From Clostridiales bacterium (GTDB lineage Bacteria > Bacillota > Clostridia > Lachnospirales > Lachnospiraceae), in assembly GCA_022770525.1 (NCBI GenBank), contig JALEHN010000021.1, forward strand, positions 56,259-120,258: a DNA stretch of 64,000 nucleotides, written 5' to 3'. The notes under the pieces were generated by a model, which made no database searches, was not told where the DNA came from, and worked only from the letters and a program-made list of their open reading frames with translations. A program made the translations under genes and the position numbers. Numbering within the stretch: position 1 is the stretch's first letter; the number at the start of each line of letters is the position of its first letter. Shown one piece after another: positions 55,343 to 63,962 of the stretch.

Positions 55343-57313
55343 TTATTTGATTTTTTCTCTGATAATGCCCTGCCTGTAAGCATCCAGAAGCATCCCCAGT
55401 TCTTTTATATTTTCCCTCAAAGCACGTCCGTTATCCGTATCGGCAACTTTTTGACGCGTTTCAAACTCTTTGACCATCATAAAATCCGAACGGATATCTG
55501 TTTCATCCACAATGGACTTTTCAAAACTTTCAAATGGCTCGTGGGTAGCAATGCGAAGTCCGTACGAATTATAAATTAACGTATAGCCTGCAATGCCTGT
55601 CGTTGACTGATATGCCTTTGAAAAACCGCCGTCAATAATCATAAGCTTACCGTTGCCTTTAACCGGACTTTCACCGGATTTAAACTTCACCGGCATATGA
55701 CCGTTGACAACATGTGCCGTCTTCGGGTCAAGACCGAATTCGCGGATAATTTTATCACAGATCTCCTCTTTTTCAATGAGTTTATAATAAATATCTTTCC
55801 GTTCTTCCTGAACTTCACGGTCGCTTAAAAAATACCTTTCAAAAGTCGCCATTTTCTCCTTACCGTAGACCGGAGAATTTTCGTTGGACCATATAAACCA
55901 CATAATATCCTGACCGTAACTTTTTTCCTCCGGATCGCTGGTCAGATAATAGCCTTTTCGTGCATAGGCTTCAAGGAAATCATAAAGCGCCCGGCCGCTG
56001 AAATCCTGACCTTTAAGATGCACACTCCTGAATGTTCCGTCTTCGTTAAACGGAATGCAGCCGTGATAATAAAGATTCTGATTATATGTCAGATACAGAC
56101 TTCCCGCCTTAAACAAAAACTGTGTATGCTCCTGGAGCTTTCTGCAGTTGACAAATGCTTTCACAAGGCGGTCCATCACATCCTGCTCTGAAGGACTTAG
56201 ACGATACGGGTCATTTGGATCTATCGTCGGAAAATATCCGTCAAGCATCGGATATGCCTGATCATCAATATAAACAACACCCTCGTCATAATCGATCTTG
56301 TCAAGTAAAAGCCTGTCCTTCATCAGAAATTCCGGACGCCGCATGATCAGCTGGCCTTCCAGCTTAAACTGAATCATGGAAATCGCCTTATGCATACGCT
56401 TTTCAAGATCTATATCAATCTGGCTGACCTCATCACGACGATGCTTCACCTCAAAAAGCTCACATTCATCGACGGCATACTCGCTCATTGCAAGATTCGC
56501 AAGAGGTATCAGATTGATCCCGTAATCATCCTCTAATGTATCAAGGTTTCCGTACTTTGCGCAAATGCGGATGACATTGGCCACACAGGCTGCATGACCG
56601 GAAGCCGCGCCCATCCAAAGCACATCATGATTCCCCCACTGTATATCCACAGAATGATAATTCATCAGGCATTCCATCACCTGGAACGCTTTCGGTCCTC
56701 TGTCGTAAATATCACCGACGATATGAAGGTGATCGATGACAAGACGCTGAATAAGCTGGCACAAAGCGACAATAAAATCCTTTGCTCTTTCAATGCGGAT
56801 AATCGATGTGATAATCTCATTATAATAATCTTCTTTATCAGCAAAGTCTTCCCTTTCATAAATCAGCTCTTCAATCACATATGCAAAATCCGGCGGCAAT
56901 GCCTTGCGAACCTTAGATCTTGTATATTTTGAAAAGACTCTTTTACACATACGGATCAGCCGGTGCAGCGTGATTCTGTACCAGTCATCCATATCTTCTT
57001 CTTCTTTTTCAATCAGTTCAAGTTTTTCTTCAGGATAATAAATCAAAGTTGCCAGACGCTTTTTATCCCTCATACTCAGTGTATGTCCGAATTCCTCTTC
57101 TATTTTAATTTTGATCGCACCGGATCCGTTTTTCAGTATATGTGAAAAACGGTCAGCCTCCCCGTGCAGATCGCTGACAACATGCTCTGTACCTTTTGGA
57201 AGATTTAAAATTGCTTCCAGGTTAATAATTTCTGTCGAAGCTGCCGCAATGGTCGGATATTTCTGCGACAACAGCTTTAAATATTTTAATTGCTCCCCAC
57301 TATAAACAGCCAT
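55343..57313 (-). CDS. fbp: Fructose-1,6-bisphosphatase class 3
   Basis: YLKLLSQKYPTIAAASTEIINLEAILNLPKGTEHVVSDLHGE and IVGDIYDRGP are Firmicute class III FBPase signatures. Confidence 0.93.
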   Translation of the reverse strand: MAVYSGEQLKYLKLLSQKYPTIAAASTEIINLEAILNLPKGTEHVVSDLHGEADRFSHILKNGSGAIKIKIEEEFGHTLSMRDKKRLATLIYYPEEKLELIEKEEEDMDDWYRITLHRLIRMCKRVFSKYTRSKVRKALPPDFAYVIEELIYEREDFADKEDYYNEIITSIIRIERAKDFIVALCQLIQRLVIDHLHIVGDIYDRGPKAFQVMECLMNYHSVDIQWGNHDVLWMGAASGHAACVANVIRICAKYGNLDTLEDDYGINLIPLANLAMSEYAVDECELFEVKHRRDEVSQIDIDLEKRMHKAISMIQFKLEGQLIMRRPEFLMKDRLLLDKIDYDEGVVYIDDQAYPMLDGYFPTIDPNDPYRLSPSEQDVMDRLVKAFVNCRKLQEHTQFLFKAGSLYLTYNQNLYYHGCIPFNEDGTFRSVHLKGQDFSGRALYDFLEAYARKGYYLTSDPEEKSYGQDIMWFIWSNENSPVYGKEKMATFERYFLSDREVQEERKDIYYKLIEKEEICDKIIREFGLDPKTAHVVNGHMPVKFKSGESPVKGNGKLMIIDGGFSKAYQSTTGIAGYTLIYNSYGLRIATHEPFESFEKSIVDETDIRSDFMMVKEFETRQKVADTDNGRALRENIKELGMLLDAYRQGIIREKIK

Positions 57314-57346
57314 AAGATCCTCCGGATTTTATTCACATCTTCATTC

Positions 57347-58102
57347 TCATCCAATCACATCACTCATTGTATACAATCCCGGCTTACGTCCCGCAAGATA
57401 TACAGCCGCCGACACTGCACCCTTTGCAAAAATCGCTCGGGAATAAGCCGTATGTCTGATTTCAATCACCTCATCCTGACCACAGAAAAGCACTTCATGC
57501 TCTCCGACGATCGTACCGCCGCGTACGGCCTGAATGCCGATTTCACTTGCCTTTCTCCGCGCCTTTTCCCCGCTTCTGTCAAGCTTATACTTATATTTAT
57601 GATCCATCGCCTCATTGATGGCATCGGCAATGGCAAGCGCAGTGCCTGACGGCGCGTCGATTTTGCGGTTATGATGCTTTTCGACGATTTCTATATCATA
57701 ACCGGCTTCTGCTAACACCTTTGCAGCAGCGGCAGCCAGCTTAAACACCGTATTGACACCAAGAGACATATTTGCAGACCGGAGAATAGCAACCTGTTTT
57801 GATGCTTCCGAAACTTTCTCTATCTGCTCTTTTGAAAGACCGGTCGTACATAAAACAAGCGGTATTTTCTTATCAACAGCATAATCCACGACCGCATCAA
57901 CAGCTGTTGCTGTTGAAAAATCTATAATGACATCGGCTCTGATGTCGCAGCTGTTAATATTTTTATATACGGGATAGCCGTTTTCACGATCATTGAAAAC
58001 ATCTATACCGGCAACAATTTCCGAATTTTCATCTTCGCGGACAATATTTGTAATCACCTGTCCCATGGCTCCGTTACATCCATGCATCAATATTTTTACC
58101 AT
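57347..58102 (-). CDS. dapB: 4-hydroxy-tetrahydrodipicolinate reductase
   Basis: GCNGAMGQ NAD motif, EKHHNRKIDAPSGTA catalytic motif. Confidence 0.93.
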   Translation of the reverse strand: MVKILMHGCNGAMGQVITNIVREDENSEIVAGIDVFNDRENGYPVYKNINSCDIRADVIIDFSTATAVDAVVDYAVDKKIPLVLCTTGLSKEQIEKVSEASKQVAILRSANMSLGVNTVFKLAAAAAKVLAEAGYDIEIVEKHHNRKIDAPSGTALAIADAINEAMDHKYKYKLDRSGEKARRKASEIGIQAVRGGTIVGEHEVLFCGQDEVIEIRHTAYSRAIFAKGAVSAAVYLAGRKPGLYTMSDVIG

Positions 58103-58177
58103 TTTTTCTGCCTCCTTTAGTTAATGACGCTTTCTTTATTTTACTCCAATCACACACTTTTCGCAACCGGTTTGCAT

Positions 58178-58212
58178 GCAAAACGCCTTTTAGAACAACT
58201 GTCCAAAAGGCG
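58178..58212 (-). terminator. Hairpin plus short U-tract between dapA and dapB
   Basis: Minus strand GCCTTTTGGA-7 nt-TCTAAAAGGC followed by GTTTTG. Confidence 0.45.
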
Positions 58213-58227
58213 GCGCATAGCTGACTG

Positions 58228-59118
58228 TTATTTTAATTTAAGACCATATGCCTGCATAATCTTTGCAAGCTTAGCCGCATGTTCTTCTTCCATCTCAGTT
58301 AACGGAAGACGCAGCGGACCAACTTCTTTACCCATCAGATTCATTGCTTTCTTTACAGGGATCGGATTAACTTCACTGAACAGAGCATGGATAAGCGGCA
58401 ATGCTTCCAGCTGAAGTCTTGTACTTTCCGCAGTGCGTCCCTCAAGATAAGCCATAACAATATCATGTGTCTGACGCGGTGCCACATTGGATAATACGGA
58501 AATAACGCCAATGCCGCCCAGTGCAAGAATCGGTGTAATCTGATCATCATTGCCTGAATATAAATCAATACAGCCTTCCGCCATCTGCATCAGTGTGGCG
58601 ATCTGTGAGATATTTCCGCTCGCTTCCTTGATGGCTACAATATTGTCGCATGTCTTTGCCAGTGTTACTGCTGTCGCCGGTTCAATATTAACACCTGTAC
58701 GGCTCTGTACATTATACAAAATTAACGGAAGCTCTGTCTTTTTCGCAATTTCAGTATAATGTCTGATCAGACCGTTCTGTGTTGCTTTATTATAATACGG
58801 ACTTACAAGAAGCGCACCGTCGGCGCCTGCTTTTTCAGCCTCTGTTGTCAGCATAATTGCTGTTTCCGTACTGTTGGAACCTGTGCCCGCAACAACCGGA
58901 ATCCGTTTATTAACCATAGATACACAGGCTTTGATCACTTCCACATGTTCTTCCTCTGACAAAGTCGAGGATTCTCCTGTCGTACCTGTAATAACAATCG
59001 CGTCAGAACCGCCTGCAATCTGCTCATTGATCAGTTCTTCCAGCTTTTCAAAATTTACTGTTCCGTCTTCATACATCGGTGTAACTAATGCCACACCTGC
59101 ACCCTTAAAAATAGCCAT
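58228..59118 (-). CDS. dapA: 4-hydroxy-tetrahydrodipicolinate synthase
   Basis: GAGVALVTPM, ITGTTGES, YNVQSRTG, AIKEASG (Schiff-base lysine). ATG 59118 behind SD AAGGAGG; the 43-aa track extension lies in the riboswitch and is rejected. Confidence 0.93.
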   Translation of the reverse strand: MAIFKGAGVALVTPMYEDGTVNFEKLEELINEQIAGGSDAIVITGTTGESSTLSEEEHVEVIKACVSMVNKRIPVVAGTGSNSTETAIMLTTEAEKAGADGALLVSPYYNKATQNGLIRHYTEIAKKTELPLILYNVQSRTGVNIEPATAVTLAKTCDNIVAIKEASGNISQIATLMQMAEGCIDLYSGNDDQITPILALGGIGVISVLSNVAPRQTHDIVMAYLEGRTAESTRLQLEALPLIHALFSEVNPIPVKKAMNLMGKEVGPLRLPLTEMEEEHAAKLAKIMQAYGLKLK

Positions 59119-59159
59119 TTTTATGTTCCTCCTTATTCTGTCAAAAATCCCTATAATGT

Positions 59160-59189
59160 CAAAAATGAGCCGGTTTTGTGCCGGCTCAT
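59160..59189 (-). terminator. Terminator of the lysine-riboswitch expression platform
   Basis: Minus strand ATGAGCCGG-CACAAAA-CCGGCTCAT followed by TTTTT, about 40 nt before the dapA ATG. Confidence 0.85.
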
Positions 59190-59240
59190 AAAAATACAAC
59201 ATTATATACGCCCTGCGGGCGCACCTGTAACCTTTTATAA

Positions 59241-59400
59241 GCAGCACTCCATCTTTCGATGACAGTCATACAGTTGTTCACCGCATGCCCAGCAATATAC
59301 ACGTCAGGATGTATAAAACTTCGGCGTCCTACCCTTTCACACGGGTTCAACTGTGCCTGCCACATCGCCCGTACTACTCACTCAAACGCGCCTCTACTCA
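59241..59400 (-). promoter_or_regulatory. Lysine riboswitch (L-box)
   Basis: Minus strand carries AGAGGCGC, GAGTA, GTGAAAGGG, GGACGCCGAAG, GCTGG, ACTGTCA and GGAGTGCT blocks in the L-box order. Upstream of dapA. Confidence 0.85.
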
Positions 59401-59458
59401 TTTTTTCTTTATTACGTTAATTTAATTTCATACAGATTAACATTTTTCACCCATTCTG

Positions 59459-59983
59459 TCAACTATTATGAGAAATTTCGTCTTTCAATATGTTAATTTC
59501 AGATATGTAATCTGCATATGCTGCCACTTTTTCAGGCAAATTTCTTCCGGTCAGAATCAGCTCTACCGTATCATCCTTCATCTCAATAAGCTTAATGATA
59601 TCTTCAACACTGATGATTTCCAGATCCACAAGCCCGAGAATCTCGTCCAGAACAAGGACATCACATTCTCCTATTGTCAGAACCTTGCGCACAAAATTCA
59701 GACCATTAATAATATTCTGATTCTCTTCCTTCTTTTCCTGCTCTGACAGGTTTTCGTAATATCCTTCTTCCTTTTCAAAGCGGAAAATCTTTAATTCTGG
59801 TTCCAATTGATTAAAAAAATCCAGCTCGCCGGTAAGTCTGCCCTTCAGAAACTGCACAACAAATACATTTTTTCCCTCACTGGCACATACCAGAGCTCTT
59901 CCAAGTGACGCTGTAGATTTCCCTTTGCCATCGCCACAATAAATCTTAACATATCCCTTTTCCAACTTATCCACCTCAAACAA
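59459..59983 (-). CDS. Second CobO/BtuR-type corrinoid adenosyltransferase-like P-loop protein
   Basis: YCGDGKGKSTASLGRALVCASEGKNVFVVQFLKGR. No ATG start: the track start is TTG 59983, and an alternative TTG 59965 follows SD GAGGTGGA. Confidence 0.75.
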   Translation of the reverse strand: MFEVDKLEKGYVKIYCGDGKGKSTASLGRALVCASEGKNVFVVQFLKGRLTGELDFFNQLEPELKIFRFEKEEGYYENLSEQEKKEENQNIINGLNFVRKVLTIGECDVLVLDEILGLVDLEIISVEDIIKLIEMKDDTVELILTGRNLPEKVAAYADYISEINILKDEISHNS

Positions 59984-60121
59984 CTGCCTTTACAGCCGCC
60001 TTACTCTCATAGTTAAAAACAGGCTACCTTATAGGTAATATCACATTCTGCCTGAAACGTCAATAGAAAAATGTAATATTTGCGCCGATTTTCCCCATAT
60101 TTTATACCTTCAGACGTTTTA

Positions 60122-60751
60122 TCACTGATCAACACATTCAATTTTGCTCACAGATATTTCATAAGCTGTCCGCTTTTCAACTGTATCCTCATCAATCTTT
60201 TTCTGATATGTCCGACTTTGGATACGTCCCCACAGCTGAATATGCTCACCGACCTGGAATTTCCCCGCAAATCTGGCATTTCTTCCCCAGCAGATACATG
60301 GAAGGTAGTCCGACTTGCCGTACGGTCTGTTGACTGCCAGCAGAAGATCCGCAATTTCTCTGCCAAGCGGTGTCATACGGTATACCGGCTGTTTACAAAT
60401 ATAGCCGTCAAGATATACACTGTTTGGCCGTACGCACTCTGTACTTTCCTCAAGTATTTCAAATTCACGGACAAACACAGACAGAATCAGCCTGTTTCTT
60501 CCTTCTTCATGTTTGTTATAAGAACGAAACTGCCCTTTGGCCTCCACCGTCCTGCCTATTAAATTCTCACTGACATCTACAAGCCGCTCCGAAACCATCA
60601 GAGGAATTCTGTCTGCCATATTACTCAGACGGTTGACCACAACCTCCATCACGTAAAATCCTTCCCCGAACACTTCATGACTGTAGGTAAATTCGGAATC
60701 CACCACACCTACAATACTCACCTGATTATTATCCAGCACTTTATCTGCCAT
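60122..60751 (-). CDS. Tandem-OB-fold single-stranded DNA-binding-like protein lacking the acidic C-terminal tip
   Basis: Two SSB-like halves: NQVSIVGVV...VNRLSN...GQFRSYN, and VYLDGYICKQPVYRMTPLGREIADLLLAVNR...CICWGRNA...LWGRIQSRTY. SD AAAGGAGAA. Confidence 0.65.
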   Translation of the reverse strand: MADKVLDNNQVSIVGVVDSEFTYSHEVFGEGFYVMEVVVNRLSNMADRIPLMVSERLVDVSENLIGRTVEAKGQFRSYNKHEEGRNRLILSVFVREFEILEESTECVRPNSVYLDGYICKQPVYRMTPLGREIADLLLAVNRPYGKSDYLPCICWGRNARFAGKFQVGEHIQLWGRIQSRTYQKKIDEDTVEKRTAYEISVSKIECVDQ

Positions 60752-60924
60752 TGCTTTTGTTCTCCTTTCAATATTTTAATCTCACCTTAAATCTATTCGG
60801 TCATTTTGTATTTTAGAACGTTTCAGCAAAAAAACTTTAACACATAAATACCGCTAAAGAAATCATTAAATATCGGCGATTTTCGACACATCCTACAAGA
60901 TTTGACTGAAAATGTATAAACGCC

Positions 60925-60953
60925 TTGAAAAATTGCAAAGATATATGTATATT
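60925..60953 (+). promoter_or_regulatory. Candidate sigma-A promoter of typA
   Basis: TTGAAA-17 nt-TATATT, about 150 nt upstream of the typA ATG. Confidence 0.5.
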
Positions 60954-60976
60954 ATTTAGGAACGAACAAATCTCCT

Positions 60977-61005
60977 GACCTGGAAAAGCATATCTTTTCG
61001 AGGTC
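60977..61005 (+). terminator. Terminator-like hairpin inside the typA leader (possible attenuator)
   Basis: GACCTGGAAAAG-CATAT-CTTTTCGAGGTC (12-bp stem, one mismatch) followed by the T-rich TCTATGTCGTTTTATTATTTC. A second hairpin CAGACGC/GCGTCTG lies at ~61048-61075. Confidence 0.45.
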
Positions 61006-61101
61006 TCTATGTCGTTTTATTATTTCTAAACCTATAGTCACAGGCACAGACGCCGCAGCAATCATCTGCGTCTGCATCTGCATTAAGAAAGGATTTTATA
61101 T

Positions 61102-62928
61102 ATGGAAATCAAACGTGAAGACATAAGAAATATAGCCATTATAGCCCATGTTGACCACGGCAAGACAACCCTTGTCGATGAACTGCTCAAGCAGAGCGGT
61201 GTTTTCCGTTCCAATCAGGTTGTCCAGGAACGTGTCATGGACTCAAATGATATCGAACGTGAACGCGGTATCACAATTCTTTCAAAAAATACAGCCGTAT
61301 TTTACAAAGATGTTAAAATCAATATTATCGATACCCCGGGACATGCCGATTTCGGCGGCGAAGTTGAACGTGTTCTTAAAATGGTTGACGGCGTTGTCCT
61401 TGTGGTTGACGCTTTTGAAGGGCCAATGCCTCAGACGAAGTTTGTATTAAAGAAAGCGCTGGATTTAAATCTTGCAGTTATTGTATGTATTAATAAAATC
61501 GACCGTCCTGAGTCCCGTCCGAACGAAGTGATCGATGAAGTTCTCGAACTTCTGATCGATCTGGACGCAACCGATGACCAGTTAGAATGCCCGTTTGTTT
61601 TTGCTTCCGCAAAATCCGGTATTTCCATGCTGGAATTATCCGACGAATCACGAGATATGAAGCCTCTGTTTGAGACGATCATTCAGCACATTCCCGCACC
61701 GACCGGTGACCCTGACAAAGGCACTCAGGTACTGATAAGCACCATCGATTACAATGAATATGTAGGCCGTATCGGTGTCGGTAAGGTCAGCAACGGTACC
61801 ATTCATGTGAATCAGGATGCTGTGATCGTCAATGCTCATGATCCTGAAAAATCAAGAAAGGTCAAAATCAGTAAACTTTACGAGTTTGACGGTCTGAATA
61901 AAGTTGAAGTTGAAAAAGCAGGGGTTGGTTCTATTGTCGCTATTTCAGGTATTTCAGATATCCATATCGGCGATACATTATGCTCTCCTGAAACGCCGGA
62001 GGCTATCCCGTTCCAGAAAATTTCAGAGCCTACAATTGCCATGAATTTCCTCGTTAACGACAGCCCTCTTGCCGGACGCGAAGGCAAATTTATCACTTCA
62101 AGACATTTACGTGACAGATTGTTCCGTGAATTAAATACCGATGTCAGCCTCCGTGTGGAAGAAACAGAAAACACCGACTGTTTCAAAGTTTCCGGCCGCG
62201 GTGAGCTTCATTTATCCGTATTAATTGAAAATATGCGCCGTGAAGGCTATGAATTTGCTGTCAGCAAGGCCGAAGTATTATATAAACATGATGAAAAGGG
62301 CAAGCTTCTGGAACCTATGGAGGATGCTGTCATCGATGTGCCTGAAGAATTTTCCGGCATCGTTATCGAAAAGCTCAGTTTCAGAAAAGGTGAACTGACC
62401 GGTATGTCCAAAGCCAGCGGCGGTTATTCCCGTCTTGAATTCTCCATTCCTGCCAGAGGTTTAATCGGCTACCGCGGCGAATTTCTGACAGACACGAAGG
62501 GCAACGGTATTTTAAATACATTATTTGCAGGCTACGGTCCTTATAAGGGCGATATCGCCTACCGTCAGACAGGCTCTCTGATTGCTTTTGAGAGCGGCGA
62601 AACGATTACTTATGGCTTATTTAACGCGCAGGAACGCGGTACACTATTTGTCGGCCCCGGCGAGAAAGTATACCAGGGTATGGTTGTGGGTGAAAATCCA
62701 AAAGGTGACGACATTGAGCTGAATGTCTGCAAGAGAAAACAGCTGACCAATACCCGTGCATCAGGATCCGATGACGCACTGAAACTGACCCCGCACAGAG
62801 TCCTTTCCCTGGAACAGGCACTTGACTTTATCGAAAATGATGAACTTGTGGAAGTCACACCGAAAAATATCCGTATCCGTAAGAAAATCCTTGATCCGAA
62901 GCTGCGTATGCGTGCCAACAGAAAATAA
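61102..62928 (+). CDS. typA: Translational GTPase TypA/BipA
   Basis: [33 protein letters not shown] and NKIDR G-motifs. 608 aa. Confidence 0.96.
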   Translation: MEIKREDIRNIAIIAHVDHGKTTLVDELLKQSGVFRSNQVVQERVMDSNDIERERGITILSKNTAVFYKDVKINIIDTPGHADFGGEVERVLKMVDGVVLVVDAFEGPMPQTKFVLKKALDLNLAVIVCINKIDRPESRPNEVIDEVLELLIDLDATDDQLECPFVFASAKSGISMLELSDESRDMKPLFETIIQHIPAPTGDPDKGTQVLISTIDYNEYVGRIGVGKVSNGTIHVNQDAVIVNAHDPEKSRKVKISKLYEFDGLNKVEVEKAGVGSIVAISGISDIHIGDTLCSPETPEAIPFQKISEPTIAMNFLVNDSPLAGREGKFITSRHLRDRLFRELNTDVSLRVEETENTDCFKVSGRGELHLSVLIENMRREGYEFAVSKAEVLYKHDEKGKLLEPMEDAVIDVPEEFSGIVIEKLSFRKGELTGMSKASGGYSRLEFSIPARGLIGYRGEFLTDTKGNGILNTLFAGYGPYKGDIAYRQTGSLIAFESGETITYGLFNAQERGTLFVGPGEKVYQGMVVGENPKGDDIELNVCKRKQLTNTRASGSDDALKLTPHRVLSLEQALDFIENDELVEVTPKNIRIRKKILDPKLRMRANRK

Positions 62929-62941
62929 TATCCTGTAAAAA

Positions 62942-62983
62942 AATGGGCAATCCTCTCTTTATTGAGGGGACTGCCCATTTTGC
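62942..62983 (+). terminator. Intrinsic terminator of typA (built from a repeat-family unit)
   Basis: AATGGGCAATCCTCTC-TTTAT-TGAGGGGACTGCCCATT followed by TTTG. Confidence 0.75.
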
Positions 62984-63108
62984 GCACCGCTGCATCCGCA
63001 CTGATGTGCCGCATCCGCAGTTTTATTGATATTTTATTTTTTAACTGTTCATAGCCAGGCAAAATTTCACAAAACAGACGTAAAATGCCTGACACTCAGG
63101 CCAATGGC

Positions 63109-63390
63109 TCAGATGGTCTGTCCCTGGACAATATAAGTACATTTTCTTCCGGCAATCTTTCTTTTAAATTCTTCTTCCTCAGATATGGAAATCAGAATAT
63201 CATCGATCATAATATCGCCTTCACCTGCCGCATCATCAAAATCAATATCCAGTCCAAAAAGGATATCCGCCAGATTTTCCATAGCCGCAGCATATTCCGA
63301 AGTGTCTGCCTCTCCAAGAACAAAAGTCTGTTTCTCCTTTTGAGAATTCCCCTTTTTCATCGTCTCTAATGTCACCTGATACATCATCAT
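63109..63390 (-). CDS. Small acidic hypothetical protein (~93 aa)
   Basis: SD GGGAGG before the ATGATGATG triplet (63390/63387/63384). Composition is protein-like: YQVTLETMKKG...EADTSEYAAAMENLADILFGLDIDFDDAAGEGDIMIDDILISISEEEEF. No family recognised. Confidence 0.55.
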   Translation of the reverse strand: MMMYQVTLETMKKGNSQKEKQTFVLGEADTSEYAAAMENLADILFGLDIDFDDAAGEGDIMIDDILISISEEEEFKRKIAGRKCTYIVQGQTI

Positions 63391-63420
63391 ACCTCCCGTA
63401 AACAAAATAATGGGCTTACC

Positions 63421-63605
63421 TGACTTTCCTATGGTATAACAAAGTGGGCAAGCCCACAAAAACTCTCCTCCCCCTCAATCTTTGAGGGGATTGCCCATTT
63501 TGTGCACCGATGTGCGGCTGCAACTGCAGCCTTCCGCTGCACATCGTGTGCATCCCTCGGAGAGTTTTATATCATAGGAAAGTCACCTGACTTTCCTATG
63601 ATATA
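63421..63605. repeat. MITE-like or structured repeat element with 18-bp terminal inverted repeats
   Basis: TGACTTTCCTATGGTATA (63421-63438) versus the inverted TATATCATAGGAAAGTCA (63568-63585), plus a third direct copy TGACTTTCCTATGATATA (63588-63605). Internal pairs AAAACTCTCC/GGAGAGTTTT, CCCCTCAA/TTGAGGGG, CGATGTGC/GCACATCG and GGCTGC/GCAGCC. Confidence 0.7.
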
Positions 63606-63643
63606 AAAAAAGACCGGAAACATTGATCACTCAACATTTCCGG
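63604..63643 (-). terminator. Intrinsic terminator of tRNA-Pro
   Basis: Minus strand CCGGAAA-16 nt-TTTCCGG followed by TCTTTTTTT. Confidence 0.7.
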
Positions 63644-63659
63644 TGCCCCTGCCAAGGAA

Positions 63660-63734
63660 TCGGGGTGACAGGATTCGAACCTGCGACCTCTTGATCCCAA
63701 ATCAAGCGCTCTAGCCAAGCTGAGCCACACCCCG
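63660..63734 (-). tRNA. tRNA-Pro(UGG): tRNA-Pro (anticodon UGG), CCA not encoded
   Basis: Minus strand CGGGGTG-TG-GCTC-AGCTTGGCTA-GAGC-G-CTTGA-TTTGGGA-TCAAG-AGGTC-GCAGG-TTCGAAT-CCTGT-CACCCCG-A folds as a cloverleaf. The anticodon loop TTTGGGA gives TGG. Confidence 0.93.
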
Positions 63735-63753
63735 TCAAATATCTGACTTGCTC

Positions 63754-63782
63754 ATTATATATAATATGTCGCATTTTGTCAA
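63754..63782 (-). promoter_or_regulatory. Consensus sigma-A promoter of tRNA-Pro
   Basis: Minus strand TTGACA-17 nt-TATAAT (perfect consensus). The -10 ends about 19 nt upstream of the mature tRNA 5' end. Confidence 0.85.
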
Positions 63783-63936
63783 CATCTTTATAGCAAATCC
63801 GCGGCGTATTATCTTTGCAGCAAATCTGCTGCATATTATAGTAAATCTGCTGCCGCATTTTTTATAATAAATCCGTTAACGGGCACCGATCATTTTTGAA
63901 TGCCCGCATCCTTTTGACAGATAGAGCGTTAAATGC

Positions 63937-63962
63937 CGGACTCCCCAAAACCGGGGAGTCCG
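63937..63962. other. Perfect 10-bp GC-rich hairpin near the window edge
   Basis: CGGACTCCCC-AAAACC-GGGGAGTCCG. No adjacent U-tract. Could terminate a gene beyond the window. Confidence 0.4.

Noticed and set aside
63631-63858. 75-aa minus-strand ORF
   Set aside because: It spans the tRNA-Pro gene, its consensus promoter and the upstream tandem repeats. The repeats explain the QQICCKD/RICYKD periodicity. It is not a gene.
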